NCBI GenBank assembly: GCA_964016885.1
Contig: OZ024750.1
Location: 53,320,001 to 53,384,000 of the forward strand
Length of the DNA stretch: 64,000 bases
Reading direction: 5' to 3'
DNA from: Eledone cirrhosa
Lineage: Eukaryota
The notes beneath the pieces were generated by a model. The model saw only the letters and a program-made list of their open reading frames with translations. It was not told the origin of the DNA and ran no database searches. Below are positions 32,921 through 46,800 of the stretch, one piece after another. The position numbers were made by a program, and so were the translations under genes. Numbering within the stretch: position 1 is the stretch's first letter; each line of letters opens with the position of its first letter.

Positions 32921-33138
32921 TAATAATAATAATAATATGAATCTTAATATCTATATACATATTTTCCCTCTGTATTCATTAAGTAAACCTTTTAAATAGT
33001 TTAGGTTAATTGTTAAAAAAACATTATATAGAACCTCATATCTTTAGTCCAATATATTGGCTATGTTTTAGGTTACATTATAGGATCTGATGATATATTG
33101 ATCTGGAAATATTGTAATGGTTAAATAATTCCCAGCAA

Positions 33139-33942
33139 ACAAGCTGACAATCTGTGAAATAGTACAATAGTGTTTTAGCAATAGTTAAATAACAAGCTGA
33201 CAATCTGTGAAATAGTACAATAGTGTTTTAGCAATAGTTAAATAACAAGCTGACAATCTGTGAAATAGTACAATAGTGTTTTAGCAATAGTTAAATAACA
33301 AGCTGACAATCTGTGAAATAGTACAATAGTGTTTTAGCAATAGTTAAATAACAAGCTGACAATCTGTGAAATAGTACAATAGTGTTTTAGCAATAGTTAA
33401 ATACCAAGCTGACAATCTGTGAAAATAGTACAATAGTGTTTTAGCAATAGTTAAATAACAAGCTGACAATCTGTGAAATAGTACAATAGTGTTTTAGCAA
33501 TAGTGAAATAACAAGCTGACAATCTGTGAAATAGTACAATAGTGTTTTAGCAATAGTTAAATAACAAGCTGACAATCTGTGAAAATAGTACAATAGTGTT
33601 TTAGCAATAGTTAAATAACAAGCTGACAATCTGAGAAAATAGTACAATAGTGTTTTAGCAATAGTTAAATAACAAGCTGACAATCTGTGAAAATAGTACA
33701 ATAGTGTTTTAGCAATAGTTAAATAACAAGCTGACAATCTGAGAAAATAGTACAATAGTGTTTTAGCAATAGTTAAATAACAAGCTGACAATCTGTGAAA
33801 ATAGTACAATAGTGTTTTAGCAATAGTTAAATAACAAGCTGACAATCTGAGAAAATAGTACAATAGTGTTTTAGCAATAGTTAAATAACAAGCTGACAAT
33901 ATGTGAAAATAGTACAATAGTGTTTTAGCAATAGTTAAATAA
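33139..33942. repeat. 53/54-bp minisatellite, ~15 copies
   Basis: Unit acaagctgacaatctg(t/a)gaaa(a)tagtacaatagtgttttagcaatagttaaata. Confidence 0.95.
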
Positions 33943-34029
33943 TACCAACCATTACCACCTTGGATTTTGATTTGTTTCCTTCCTTCTCGACTATCTACCA
34001 TTCTCTTCTATCCACAGTCTGTGTGTGCA

Positions 34030-34120
34030 TATTATTATTATTGTTGTTGTTATTATTGCTATTATTATTGTTGTTGTTATTATTGTTATTATTATTGTTG
34101 TTATTATTGTTATTATTACT
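34030..34120. repeat. (TTA/TTG)n trinucleotide repeat
   Basis: Direct inspection. Confidence 0.9.
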
Positions 34121-34816
34121 TTGTCATTCAATGTATATGCAGCGGAGTATTTAGTCATCTGTCAAGTGACAACAACGACCTCAGACAGATAATATTTGTT
34201 GTCAATAGATGACAAAGTACTCTGCTGCATTTTCCATTTACATTGCGTGACAATGTAATAATAATAGTGATAATTATTATTATTGTTTCTATTTTGAGCA
34301 CACTGCCAGAAAAATAATAGAAATAATAATAGTAATTGTTATTATTATTATTATTATTATACTAGGCAATTGTTGTTAGAGAGAAGTCAATGTCTTAGTT
34401 TCTTTTGTAGTCACTTTTAGTCCTCTAGTATTTGTCTAGTAGTCTCTTAGAATATTTGTGGCAGAATATTACAAACATTATATTTGTTAAAATGTCTGGC
34501 CTGTTGGTCCCATGATTACAAAACCATGGCTTCAATTTCCAGACATAGAGTTGCATTGTGTCCTCGAACAAGGCATATCATTTGATATTTTTCTAGTTCA
34601 CTCAGCTGAAAATAAATATCAGCTTATGATGGGTTTGTGTCCAGTCCAGGTGGAAGTCTTGTACTCTCATGCCTCTTGAAACTAGTATAGACTTTGACTT
34701 TCATACAACTCATGCCAGCATCGAAATGCAGTCATAAAACCTTTGATGATTTTAAAAATAAAACCACTACTTTTCTCATTCGTTGATATCAGCCGTAATA
34801 TTAATTACACATAAAA

Positions 34817-37800
34817 CTCTCTACTGTCACCTCTCTATTGTCACCTCTCTATTGTCATCTCTCTCTATTGTCATCTCTCTCTACTGTCATCTCTCTCTAC
34901 TGTCATCTCCGTCATCTCTCTACTGTCATCTATCTATTGTCATCTCTCTATTGTCACCTCCCTACTGTCATCTCTCTTTTGTCATCTCTCTTTTGTCATC
35001 TCTCTACTGTCATCTCTGTCACCTCTCTACTGTCATCGCTCTACTGTCACCTCTCTACTGTCATCTATCTACTGTCATCTATCTACTGTCATCTCTCTAC
35101 TGTCATCTCTCTACTGTCACCTCTCTACTGAGACCTCTCTATTGTCATCTCTCTACTGTCACTTCTGTACTGTCTTCTCTTTACTGTCACCTCTCTATTG
35201 TCACCACTCTACTGTCACCTCTCTACTGTCATCTCTCTACTCTCATCTCTCTACTCTCATCTCTCTACTGTCATCTCTCTACTGTCATCTCTCTACTGTC
35301 ATCTCTGTCACCTCTCTACTGTCACCTCTCTACTGTCACCTCTCTACTGTCATCTCTCTACTGTCATCTCTCTACTGTCACCTCTCTACTGTCATCTCTC
35401 TACTGTCATATCTCTATTGTCATCTCTCTATTGTCATCTCTCTATTGTCATCTCTCTACTGTCACCTCTCTACTGTCACCTCTCTACTGTCACCTCTCTA
35501 CTGTCACCTCTCTACTGTCATCTCTCTATTGTCACCTCCCTACTGTCATCTCTCTTTTGTCATCTCTCTACTGTCATCTCTGTCATCTCTCTACTCTCAT
35601 CTCTCTACTGTCACCTCTCTACTGTCATCTCTCTACTGTCATCTCTCTATTGTCTACTGTCACCTCTCTACTGTCTACTGTCACCTCTCTACTGTCATCT
35701 CTCTAATGTCACCTCTCTATTGTCTACTGTCACCTCTCTATTGTCATCTCTCTACTGTCACCTCTCTACTGTCATCTCTCTACTGTCAGCTTTCTACTGT
35801 CACCTCTCTACTGTCACCTCTCTACTGTCACCTCTCTACTGTCATCTCTCTACTGTCATCTCTCTACTGTCATCTCTCTACTGTCATCTCTCTACTGTCA
35901 CCTCTCGACTGTCACCTCTCTATTGTCACCTCTCTACTGTCACCTCTCTACTGCCATCTCTCTACTGTCACCTGTCTACTGTCACCTCTACTGTCACCTC
36001 TCCACTGTCACCTCTCTACTGTCACCTCTCAACTGTCATCTCTCTACTGTCATTTCTTACTGTCACCTCTCTATTGTCACCTCTCTATTGTCACCTCTCT
36101 ACTGTCATCTCTCTATTGTCATATCTCTGCTGTCATATCTCTGCTGTCATCTCTCTACTGTCACCTCTCTATTGTCACCTCTCTACTGTCATCTCCCTAC
36201 TGTTATCTCTCTACTGTAATCTTTCTACTGTCATTTCTCTACTGTCATCTCTCTACTGTCATCTTTCTACTGTAATCTTTCTACTGTCATTTCTCTACTG
36301 TCACCTCTCTACTCTCATCTCTCTACTGTCATCTCTCTACTGTCACCTCTCTACTGTCACCTCTCTACTGTCACCTCTCTACTGTCATCTCTCTATTGTC
36401 ACCTCCCTACTGTCATCTCTCTTTTGTCATCTCTCTACTGTCATCTCTGTCATCTCTCTACTCTCATCTCTCTACTGTCACCTCTCTACTGTCATCTCTC
36501 TACTGTCATCTCTCTATTGTCTACTGTCACCTCTCTACTGTCTACTGTCACCTCTCTACTGTCATCTCTCTAATGTCACCTCTCTATTGTCTACTGTCAC
36601 CTCTCTATTGTCATCTCTCTACTGTCACCTCTCTACTGTCATCTCTCTACTGTCATCTCTCTACTGTCACCTCTCTCCTGTCACCTCTCTACTGTCAGCT
36701 TTCTACTGTCACCTCTCTACTGTCACCTCTCTACTGTCACCTCTCTACTGTCATCTCTCTACTGTCATCTCTCTACTGTCATCTCTCTACTGTCACCTCT
36801 CGACTGTCACCTCTCGACTGTCACCTCTCTATTGTCACCTCTCTACTGTCACCTCTCTACTGCCATCTCTCTACTGTCACCTCTACTGTCACCTCTCCAC
36901 TGTCACCTCTCTACTGTCACCTCTCAACTGTCATCTCTCTACTGTCATTTCTTACTGTCACCTCTCTATTGTCACCTCTCTATTGTCACCTCTCTACTGT
37001 CATCTCTCTACTGTCATCTCTCTACTGTCATCTCTCTATTGTCATATCTCTGCTGTCATATCTCTGCTGTCATCTCTCTACTGTCACCTCTCTATTGTCA
37101 CCTCTCTACTGTCATCTCCCTACTGTTATCTCTCTACTGTAATCTTTCTACTGTCATTTCTCTACTGTCATCTCTCTACTGTCATCTTTCTACTGTAATC
37201 TTTCTACTGTCATTTCTCTACTGTCACCTCTCTACTGTCATCTCTCTACTGTCATCTCTCTACTGTCAGCTCTCTATTGTCATATCTCTGCCGTCATCTC
37301 TCTACTGTCATCTCTCTATTGTCATCTCTCTACTGTAATTTCTTACTGTCACCTCTCTACTGTCATCGCTCTGCTGTCATCGATCTGCTGTCATCTCTCT
37401 ACTGTAATTTTTCTACTGTCATTTCTCTACTGTCACCTCTCTATTGTCACCTTTCCCCTGTCATCTCTCTACTGTCACCTCTCTACTGTCACCTCTCTAT
37501 TGTCACCTCTCTATTGTCATCTCTCTACTGTCATCTCTTTATTGTCATCTCTCTATTGTCACCTCTCTACTGTCACCTCTCTACTGTCACCTCTCTACTG
37601 TCATCTCTCTACTGTCACCTCTCTATTGTCATCTCTCTACTGTCACTTCTCTATTGTCATATCTCTGCTGTCATCTTTCTACTGTCACCTCTCTACTGTC
37701 ATCTCTCTACTGTCATCTCTCTACTGTCACCTCTCTATTGTCACCTCTCTATTGTCATCTCTCTCTATTGTCATCTCTCTCTACTGTCATCTCTCTCTAT

Positions 37801-40800
37801 TGTCATCTCCGTCATCTCACTACTGTCATCTCTCTATTGTCACCTCCCTACTGTCATCTCTCTTTTGTCATCTCTCTACTATCATCTCTGTCACCTCTCT
37901 ACTGTCATCTATCTACTGTCATCTATCTACTGTCATCTATCTACTGTCATCTCTCTACTGTCATCTCTCTACTGTCACCTCTCTACTGAGACCTCTCTAT
38001 TGTCATCTCTCTACTGTCACTTCTGTACTGTCTTCTCTTTACTGTCACCTCTCTATTGTCACCACTCTACTGTCACCTCTCTACTGTCATCTCTCTACTC
38101 TCATCTCTCTACTGTCATCTCTCTACTGTCATCTCTCTACTCTCATCTCTCTACTGTCATCTCTGTCATCTCTCTACTGTCATCTCTCTACTGTCACCTC
38201 TCTACTGTCATCTCTCTACTGTCATATCTCTATTGTCATCTCTCTATTGTCATCTCTCTATTGTCATCTCTCTACTGTCATCTCTCTACTGTCACCTCTC
38301 TACTGTCACCTCTCTACTGTCATCTCTCTACTGTCATCTCTCTATTGTCACCTCCCTACTGTCATCTCTCTTTTGTCATCTCTCTACTGTCATCTCTGTC
38401 ATCTCTACTCTCATCTCTCTACTGTCATCTGTCATCTCTCTACTCTCATCTCTCTACTGTCACCTCTCTACTGTCATCTCTCTATTGTCATCTCTCTATT
38501 GTCACCTCTCTATTGTCTACTGTCACCTCTCTACTGTCTACTGTCACCTCTCTACTGTCATCTCTCTAATGTCACCTCTCTATTGTCTACTGTCTCCTCT
38601 CTATTGTCATCTCTCTACTGTCACCTCTCTACTGTCACCTCTCTACTGTCACCTCTCTACTGTCATCTCTCTACTGTCACCTCTCTACTGTCATCTCTCT
38701 ACTGTCACATTCCTACTGTCATCTCTCTACTGTCATCTCTCTACTGTCACCTCTCTACTGTCACCTCTCTATTGTCATCTATCTACTATCATCTCTCTAC
38801 TGTCATCTCTTTACTGTCATCTCTCTACTGTCATCTCTCTACTGTCATCTTTGTCACCTCTCTACTGTCATCTCCCTACTGTCACCTCTCTACTGTCATC
38901 TCCCTACTGTCATCTGTCTGCTGTCACCTCTCTATTATCACTTCTCTATTGTCACCTCTCTATTGTCATCTCTCTCTATTGTCATCTCTCTCTACTGTCA
39001 TCTCTCTCTATTGTCATCTCCGTCATCTCACTACTGTCATCTCTCTATTGTCACCTCCCTACTGTCATCTCTCTACTATCATCTCTGTCACCTCTCTACT
39101 GTCATCGCTCTACTGTCACCTCTCTACTGTCATCTATCTACTGTCATCTATCTACTGTCATCTCTCTACTGTCATCTCTCTACTGTCACCTCTCTACTGA
39201 GACATCTCTATTGTCATCTCTCTACTGTCACTTCTGTACTGTCTTCTCTTTACTGTCACCTCTCTATTGTCACCACTCTACTGTCACCTCTCTACTGTCA
39301 TCTCTCTACTCTCATCTCTCTACTGTCATCTCTCTACTCTCATCTCTCTACTGTCATCTCTCTACTGTCATCTCTCTACTCTCATCTCTCTACTGTCATC
39401 TCTGTCATCTCTCTACTGTCATCTCTCTACTGTCACCTCTCTACTGTCATCTCTCTACTGTCATCTCTCTATTGTCATCTCTCTATTGTCATCTCTCTAT
39501 TGTCATCTCTCTACTGTCATCTCTCTACTGTCACCTCTCTACTGTCACCTCTCTACTGTCATCTCTCTACTGTCATCTCTCTATTGTCACCTCCCTACTG
39601 TCATCTCTCTTTTGTCATCTCTCTACTGTCATCTCTGTCATCTCTCTACTCTCATCTCTCTACTGTCACCTCTCTACTGTCATCTCTCTACTGTCATCTC
39701 TCTATTGTCACCTCCCTACTGTCATCTCTCTTTTGTCAACTCTCTACTGTCATCTCTGTCATCTCTCTACTCTCATCTCTCTACTGTCACCTCTCTACTG
39801 TCATCTCTCTATTGTCATCTCTCTATTGTCACCTCTCTATTGTCTACTGTCACCTCTCTACTGTCTACTGTCACCTCTCTACTGTCATCTCTCTAATGTC
39901 ACCTCTCTATTGTCTACTGTCTCCTCTCTATTGTCATCTCTCTACTGTCACCTCTCTACTGTCACCTCTCTACTGTCACCTCTCTACTGTCATCTCTCTA
40001 CTGTCATCTCTCTACTGTCACCTCTCTACTGTCACCTCTCTACTGTCACTTCTCTACTGTCATCTCTCTACTGTCATCGCTCTACTGTTATCTCTCTACT
40101 GTCACCTCTCTATTGTCACCTCTCTACTGCCACCTCTCTACTGCCATCTCTCTACTGTCACCTCTCCACTGTCACCTCTCCACTGTCACCTCTCTACTGT
40201 CACCTCTCAACTGTCACCTCTCAACTGTCATTTCTTACTGTCACCTCTCTATTGTCACCTCTCTACTGTCATCTCTCTACTGTCATCTCTCTACTGTCAT
40301 CTCTCTACTATCATCTCTCTATTGTCATATCTCTGCTGTCATATCTCTGCTGTCATCTCTCTACTGTCACCTCTCTATTGTCACCTCTCTACTGTCATCT
40401 CTCTACTGTAATCTTTCTGCTGTTATTTCTCTACTGTCATCTCTCTACTGTCATCTCTCTACTGTCATCTTTCTACTGTAATCTTTCTACTGTCACCTCT
40501 CTACTGTCATCTCTCTACTGTCATCTCTCTACTGTCACCTCTCTATTGTCATATCTCGGCCGTCATCTCTCTATTGTCATCTCTCTACTGTAATTTCTTA
40601 CTGTCACCTCTCTATTGTCATCGCTCTGCTGTCATCGATCTGCTGTCATCTCTCTACTGTAATCTTTCTACTGTCATTTCTCTAATGTCCTCTCTCTATT
40701 GTCGTCTCTCTACTGTCATTTCTCTAATGTCACCTCTCTATTGTCACCTTTCCCCTGTCATCTCTCTACTGTCACCTCTCTACTGTCACCTCTCTATTGT

Positions 40801-43800
40801 CATCTCTCTACTGTCATCTCTTTATTGTCATCTCTCTATTGTCATCTCTCTATTGTCATCTCTCTATTGTCATCTCTCTATTGTCATCTCTCTACTGTCA
40901 TCTCTCTATTGTCATCTCTCTATTGTCATCTCTCTACTGTCATCTCTCTACTGTCATCTCTCTACTGTCATCTCTCTACTGTCATCTCTCTACTGTCACT
41001 TCTCTATTGTCATATCTCTGCTGTCATCTCTCTATTGTCACCTCTCTACTGTCACCTCTCTACTGTCATCTCTTACTGTCACCTCTCTATTGTCATCTCT
41101 CTACTGTCATCTCTCTATTGTCATCTCTCTACTGTCATCTCTCTACTGTCATCTCTCTATTGTCATCTCTCTATTGTCATCTCTCTACTGTCACCTCTCT
41201 ACTGTCACTTCTCTACTGTCATCTCTCTACTGTCACCTCTCTACTGTCATCTCTCTACTGTCATCTCTCTGTCACATTCCTACTGTCATCTCTCTACTGT
41301 CACCTCTCTACTGTCACCTCTCTATTGTCATCTATCTACTATCATCTCTCTACTGTCATCTCTCTACTGTCATCTCTCTACTGTCATCTCTCTAATGTCA
41401 TCTTTGTCACCTCTCTACTGTCATCTCCCTACTGTCACCTCTCTACTGTCATCTGTCTACTGTCATCTGTCTACTGTCACCTCTCTATTATCACTTCTCT
41501 ATTTTCACCTCTCTATCGTCACCTCTCTATTGTCATCTCTCTCTATTGTCATCTCTCTCTACTGTCATCTCTCTCTACTGTCATCTCCGTCATCTCTCTA
41601 TTGTCACCTCCCTACTGTCATCTCTCTTTTGTCATCTCTCTACTGTCATCTCTGTCACCTCTCTACTGTCACCTCTCTACTGTCATCGCTCTACTGTCAC
41701 CTCTCTACTGTCATCGCTCTACTGTCACCTCTCTACTGTCATCTCTCTACTGTCATCTCTCTACTGTCACTTCTGTACTGTCTTCTTTTTACTGTCACCT
41801 CTCTACTGTCACCTCTCTACTGTCACTACTCTACTGTCACCTCTCTACTCTCATCTCTCTACTGTCATCTCTCTACTCTCATCTCTCTACTCTCATCTCT
41901 CTACTCTCATCTCTCTACTCTCATCTCTGTCACCTCTCTACTGTCACCTCTCTACTGTCATCTCTCTACTGTCATCTCTCTACTGTCATATCTCTATTGT
42001 CATCTCTCTACTGTCATCTCTCTACTGTCATCTCTCTACTGTCATCTCTCTACTGTCATCTCTCTACTGTCATCTCTCTACTGTCATCTCTCTACTGTCA
42101 TCTCTCTATTGTCACCTCCCTACTGTCATCTCTCTTTTGTCATCTCTCTACTGTCATCTCTGTCATCTCTCTACTCTCATCTCTCTACTGTCACCTCTCT
42201 ACTCTCATCTCTCTACTGTCACCTCTCTACTGTGATCGCTGTATTGTCATCTCTCTATTGTCATCTCTCTATTGTCACCTCTCTATTGTCTACTGTCACC
42301 TCTCTACTGTCTACTGTCACCTCTCTTCTGTCATCTCTCTAATGTCACCTCTCTATTGTCTACTGTCACCTCTCTATTGTCATCTCTCTACTGTCACCTC
42401 TCTACTGTCATCTCTCTACTGTCATCTCTCTACTGTCACCTCTCTCCTGTCACCTCTCTACTGTCAGTTTTCTACTGTCACCTCTCTACTGTCACCTCTC
42501 TACCCTCACCTCTCTACTGTCACCTCTCTACTGTCATCTCTCTACTGTCATCTCTCTACTGTCATCTCTCTCTCTACTGTCCTCTCTCTACTGTCACCTC
42601 TCTACTGTCACCTCTCTATTGTCACCTCTCTACTGTCACCTCTCTACTGCCATCTCTCTACTGCCATCTCTCTACTGCCATCTCTCTACTGTCACCTCTC
42701 TACTGTCACCTCTCAACTGTCACCTCTCTACTGTCATTTCTTACTGTCACCTCTCTATTGTCACCTCTCTACTGTCATCTCTCTATTGTCATCTCTCTAT
42801 TGTCATATCTCTGCTGTCATCTCTCTACTGTCATCTCTCTACTGTCACCTCTCTATTGTCACCTCTCTACTGTCATCTCCCTACTGTTATCTCTCTACTG
42901 TAATCTTTCTACTGTCATTTCTCTACTGTCATCTCTCTACTGTCTTCTCTCTATTGTCGTCTCTCTACTGTCATTTCTCTACTGTCACCTCTCTATTGTC
43001 ACCTTTCCCCTGTCACCTTTCCCCTGTCATCTCTCTACTTTCACCTCTCTACTGTCACCTCTATTGTCACCTCTCTATTGTCATCTCTCTACTGTCATCT
43101 CTTTATTGTCATCTCTCTATTGTCATCTCTCTATTGTCATCTCTCTACTGTCATCTCTCTCTTGTCATCTCTCTATTGTCATCTCTCTACTGTCATCTCT
43201 CTACTGTCATCTCTCTACTGTCACTTCTCTATTGTCATATCTCTGCTGTCATCTCTCTATTGTCACCTCTCTACTGTCACCTCTCTACCGTCATCTCTCT
43301 AATGTCACCTCTCTATTGTCACCTCTCTATTGTCATCTCTCTACTGTCACCTCTCTACTGTCACCTCTCTATTGTCATCTATCTACTATCATCTCTCTAC
43401 TGTCATCTCTCTACTGTCATCTCTCTACTGTCATCTTTGTCACCTCTCTACTGTCATCTCCCTACTGTCACCTCTCTACTGTCATCTCTCTACCGTCATC
43501 TCTCTACTGTCACCTCTCTATTGTCATATCTCTACTGTCATCTCTCTACTGTCATCTCTCTACTGTCACCTCTCTATTGTCATATCTCTACTGTTATCTC
43601 TCTACTGTTATCTCTCTACTGTCATCTCTCTACTGTCACCTCTCTATTGTCATATCTCTGCTGTCATTTCTCTACTGTCATCTCTCTATTGTCATCTCTC
43701 TACTGTCATTTCTTACTGTCACCTCTCTACTGTCATCTCTCTACTGTCATCTCCCTACTGTCATCTCTCTACTGTAATCTTTCTACTGTCATTTCTCTAC

Positions 43801-46800
43801 TGTCATCTCTCTATTGTCATCTCTCTACTGTCAGCTCTCTACTGTCATCTCTCTACTGTCATCTCCCTACTGTCATCTCCCTACTGTCACCTCTCTACTG
43901 TCACCTCTCTACTGTCACCTCTCTACTGTCATCGCTCTAGTTTCATCGCTCTCCTTTCATCTCTCTACTGTCACCTCTCTATTGTCAACTCTCTACTGTC
44001 ATCTCCCTACAGTCACCTCTCTACTGTTATCTCCCTACTGTCATCTCTCTACTGTCACCTCCCTACTGTCGTCTCTCTACTGTCATCTCTCTACTGTCAT
44101 CACTCTACTGTCATATCTCTACTGTCATCTCTCTACTGTTATCTCCGTCATCTCCCTACTGTCATCTCTCTACTGTCACCTCCCTACTGCCGTCTCTCTA
44201 CTGTCACCTCTCTACTGTCATCTCTCTACTGTTATCTCCGTCATCTCCCTACTGTCACCTCTCTACTGTCATCTTCCTACTGTCATCTCCCTACTGTCAT
44301 CTCTCTACTGTCACCTCTGTACTGTCATCTCTCTACCGATATCTCTCTTCTGTCATCTCTCTACTGTCACCTCTCTACTGTCATCTCTCTACCGTCATCT
44401 CTCTACTGTCACCTCTGTACTGTCATCTCTCTACCGATATCTCTCTACTGTCACCTCTCTACTGTCATCTATCTACTGTCATCTCTCTACTGTCATCTCT
44501 CTACTGTCATCTCTCTACTGTCACCTCACTACTGTCACCTCTCTACTGTCACCTCTCTACTGTCACCTCTCTACTCTCACCTCTCTACTGTCATTTCTTA
44601 CTGTCACCTCTCTATTGTCACCTCTTTATTGTCACCTCTCTACTGTCATCTCTCTAATGTAATCTTTCTACTGTCATCTCTCTATTGTCACCTCTCTACT
44701 GTCACCTCTCTACTGTCATCTCTCTAATGTGATCTTTCTACTGTCATTTCTCTACTGTCATCTCTCTATTGCCATATCTCTGCTGTCATCTCTCTACTGT
44801 CATCTCTCTACTGTCACCTCTCTACTGTCACCTCTCTATTGTCACCTTTCCCCTGTCATCTCTCTATTGTCATCTCCCTACTGTCATCTCTCTACTGTCA
44901 TCTCTCTACTGTCACCTCTCTACTATCATCTCTCTATTATCGTCTCTCTACTGTCATCTCTCTACTGTCACCCCTCTACTGTCACCTCTCTATTGTCACC
45001 TTTCCCCTGTCATCTCTCTACTGTCACCTCTCTACTGTCATCTCTCTACTGTCACCTCTCTATTGTCATCTCTCTACTGTCAATCCTCTATTGCCATCTC
45101 TCTACTGTCATCTCTCTATTGTCATCTCTCTACTGTCATCTCTCTACTGTCACCTCTCTATTGTCATCTCTCTACTGTCAATCCTCTATTGTCATCTCTC
45201 TATTGTCATCTCTCTACTGTCATCTCTCTACTGTCATCTCTCTATTGTCATCTCTCTACTGTCACCTCTCTACTCTCACCTCTCTACTGTCATCTCTCTA
45301 CTGTCACATCCCTACTGTCACCTCTCTACTGTCACCTCTCTGCTGTCACCTCTCTACTGTCACCTCTCTACTGTCACCTCTCTACTGTCACCTCTCTACT
45401 GTCACCTCTCTACTGTCATCTCTCTACTGTCATCTCTCTACAGTCACCTCTCTATTGTCACCTCTCTATTGTCATCTCTCTACTGTCATCTGCGTCACCT
45501 CTCTACTGTCACCTCTCTACTATCATCTCTACTGTCACCTCTCTACTGTCACCTCTCTACTGTCACCTCTCTATTGTCATCTCTCTACTGTCATATCTCT
45601 ACTGTCATATCTCTACTGTCATCTCTCTACTGTCATCTCTCTACTGTCATCTCTCTACTGTCACCTCTCTACTGTCATCTCTCTACTGTCATTTCTCTAC
45701 TGTCATCTCTCTACTGTCATCTCTCTAATGTCACCTCTCTACTGTCACCTCTCTACTGTCATCTCTCTACTGTCATCTCTCTACTGTCATAGCTCTACTC
45801 TCATCGCTCAACTCTCATCGCTCTACTCTCATCGCTCTACTCTCATCTCTCTACTGTCATCTCTCTACTGTCATCTCTCTAGCGATATCTCTCTACTGTC
45901 ATCTCCGTCACCTCTGTACTGTCATTGCTCTACTGTCATTGCTCGACTGTCATTGCTCTACTGTCATTGCTCTACTGTCATTGCTCTACTGTCATCGATC
46001 TGCTGTCATCTCTCTACTGTCATCTGTCTACTGTCACCTCTCTACTGTCTTCTCTTTACTGTCACCTCTCTACTGTCTTCTCTTTACTGTCTTCTCCTTA
46101 CTGTCACCTCTCTACTGTCATCTCTCTACTATCACCTCTCTACTGTCACCTCACTACTGTCATCTTTCTACTGTCTTCTCTCTACTGTAACCTTTCTACT
46201 GTCACTTCTCTACTGTCATCTCCCTACTGTAACCTCTCTACTGTCATCTCTCTACTGTCACCTCTCTACTGTCACCTCTCTACTGTCACCTCTCTACTGT
46301 CACCTCTCTACTCTCACCTCTCTACTATCATCTCTCTACTATCATCTCTCTACTATCATCTCTCTACTCTCATCTCTCTACTGTCATCTCTCTACTGTCA
46401 TCTCTCTACTGTCATCTCTCTCCTGTCATCTATCTACTGTCACCTCTCTACTGTCACCTCTCTACTGTCATCTCTCTACTGTCATCTCTCTACTGTCACT
46501 TCTCTACTGTCATCTCTCTACTGTCACCTCTCTACTGTCATCTCTCTACTGTCACTTCTCTACTGTCATCTCTCTAATGTCATCTCTCTAATGTCATCTC
46601 TCTACTGTCACCTCTCTACTGTCATCTCCCTACTGTAACCTCTCTACTGTCATCTCTCTACTGTCACCTCTCTACTGTCACCTCTCTACTCTCATCTCTC
46701 TACTATCATCTCTCTACTATCATCTCTCTACTCTCATCTCTCTACTCTCATCTCTCTACTGTCATCTCTCTCCTGTCATCTATCTACTGTCATCTATCTA

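Noticed and set aside
33082-33122. CTGATGA...GAAA on the + strand
   Set aside because: No credible stem I or stem II pairing.
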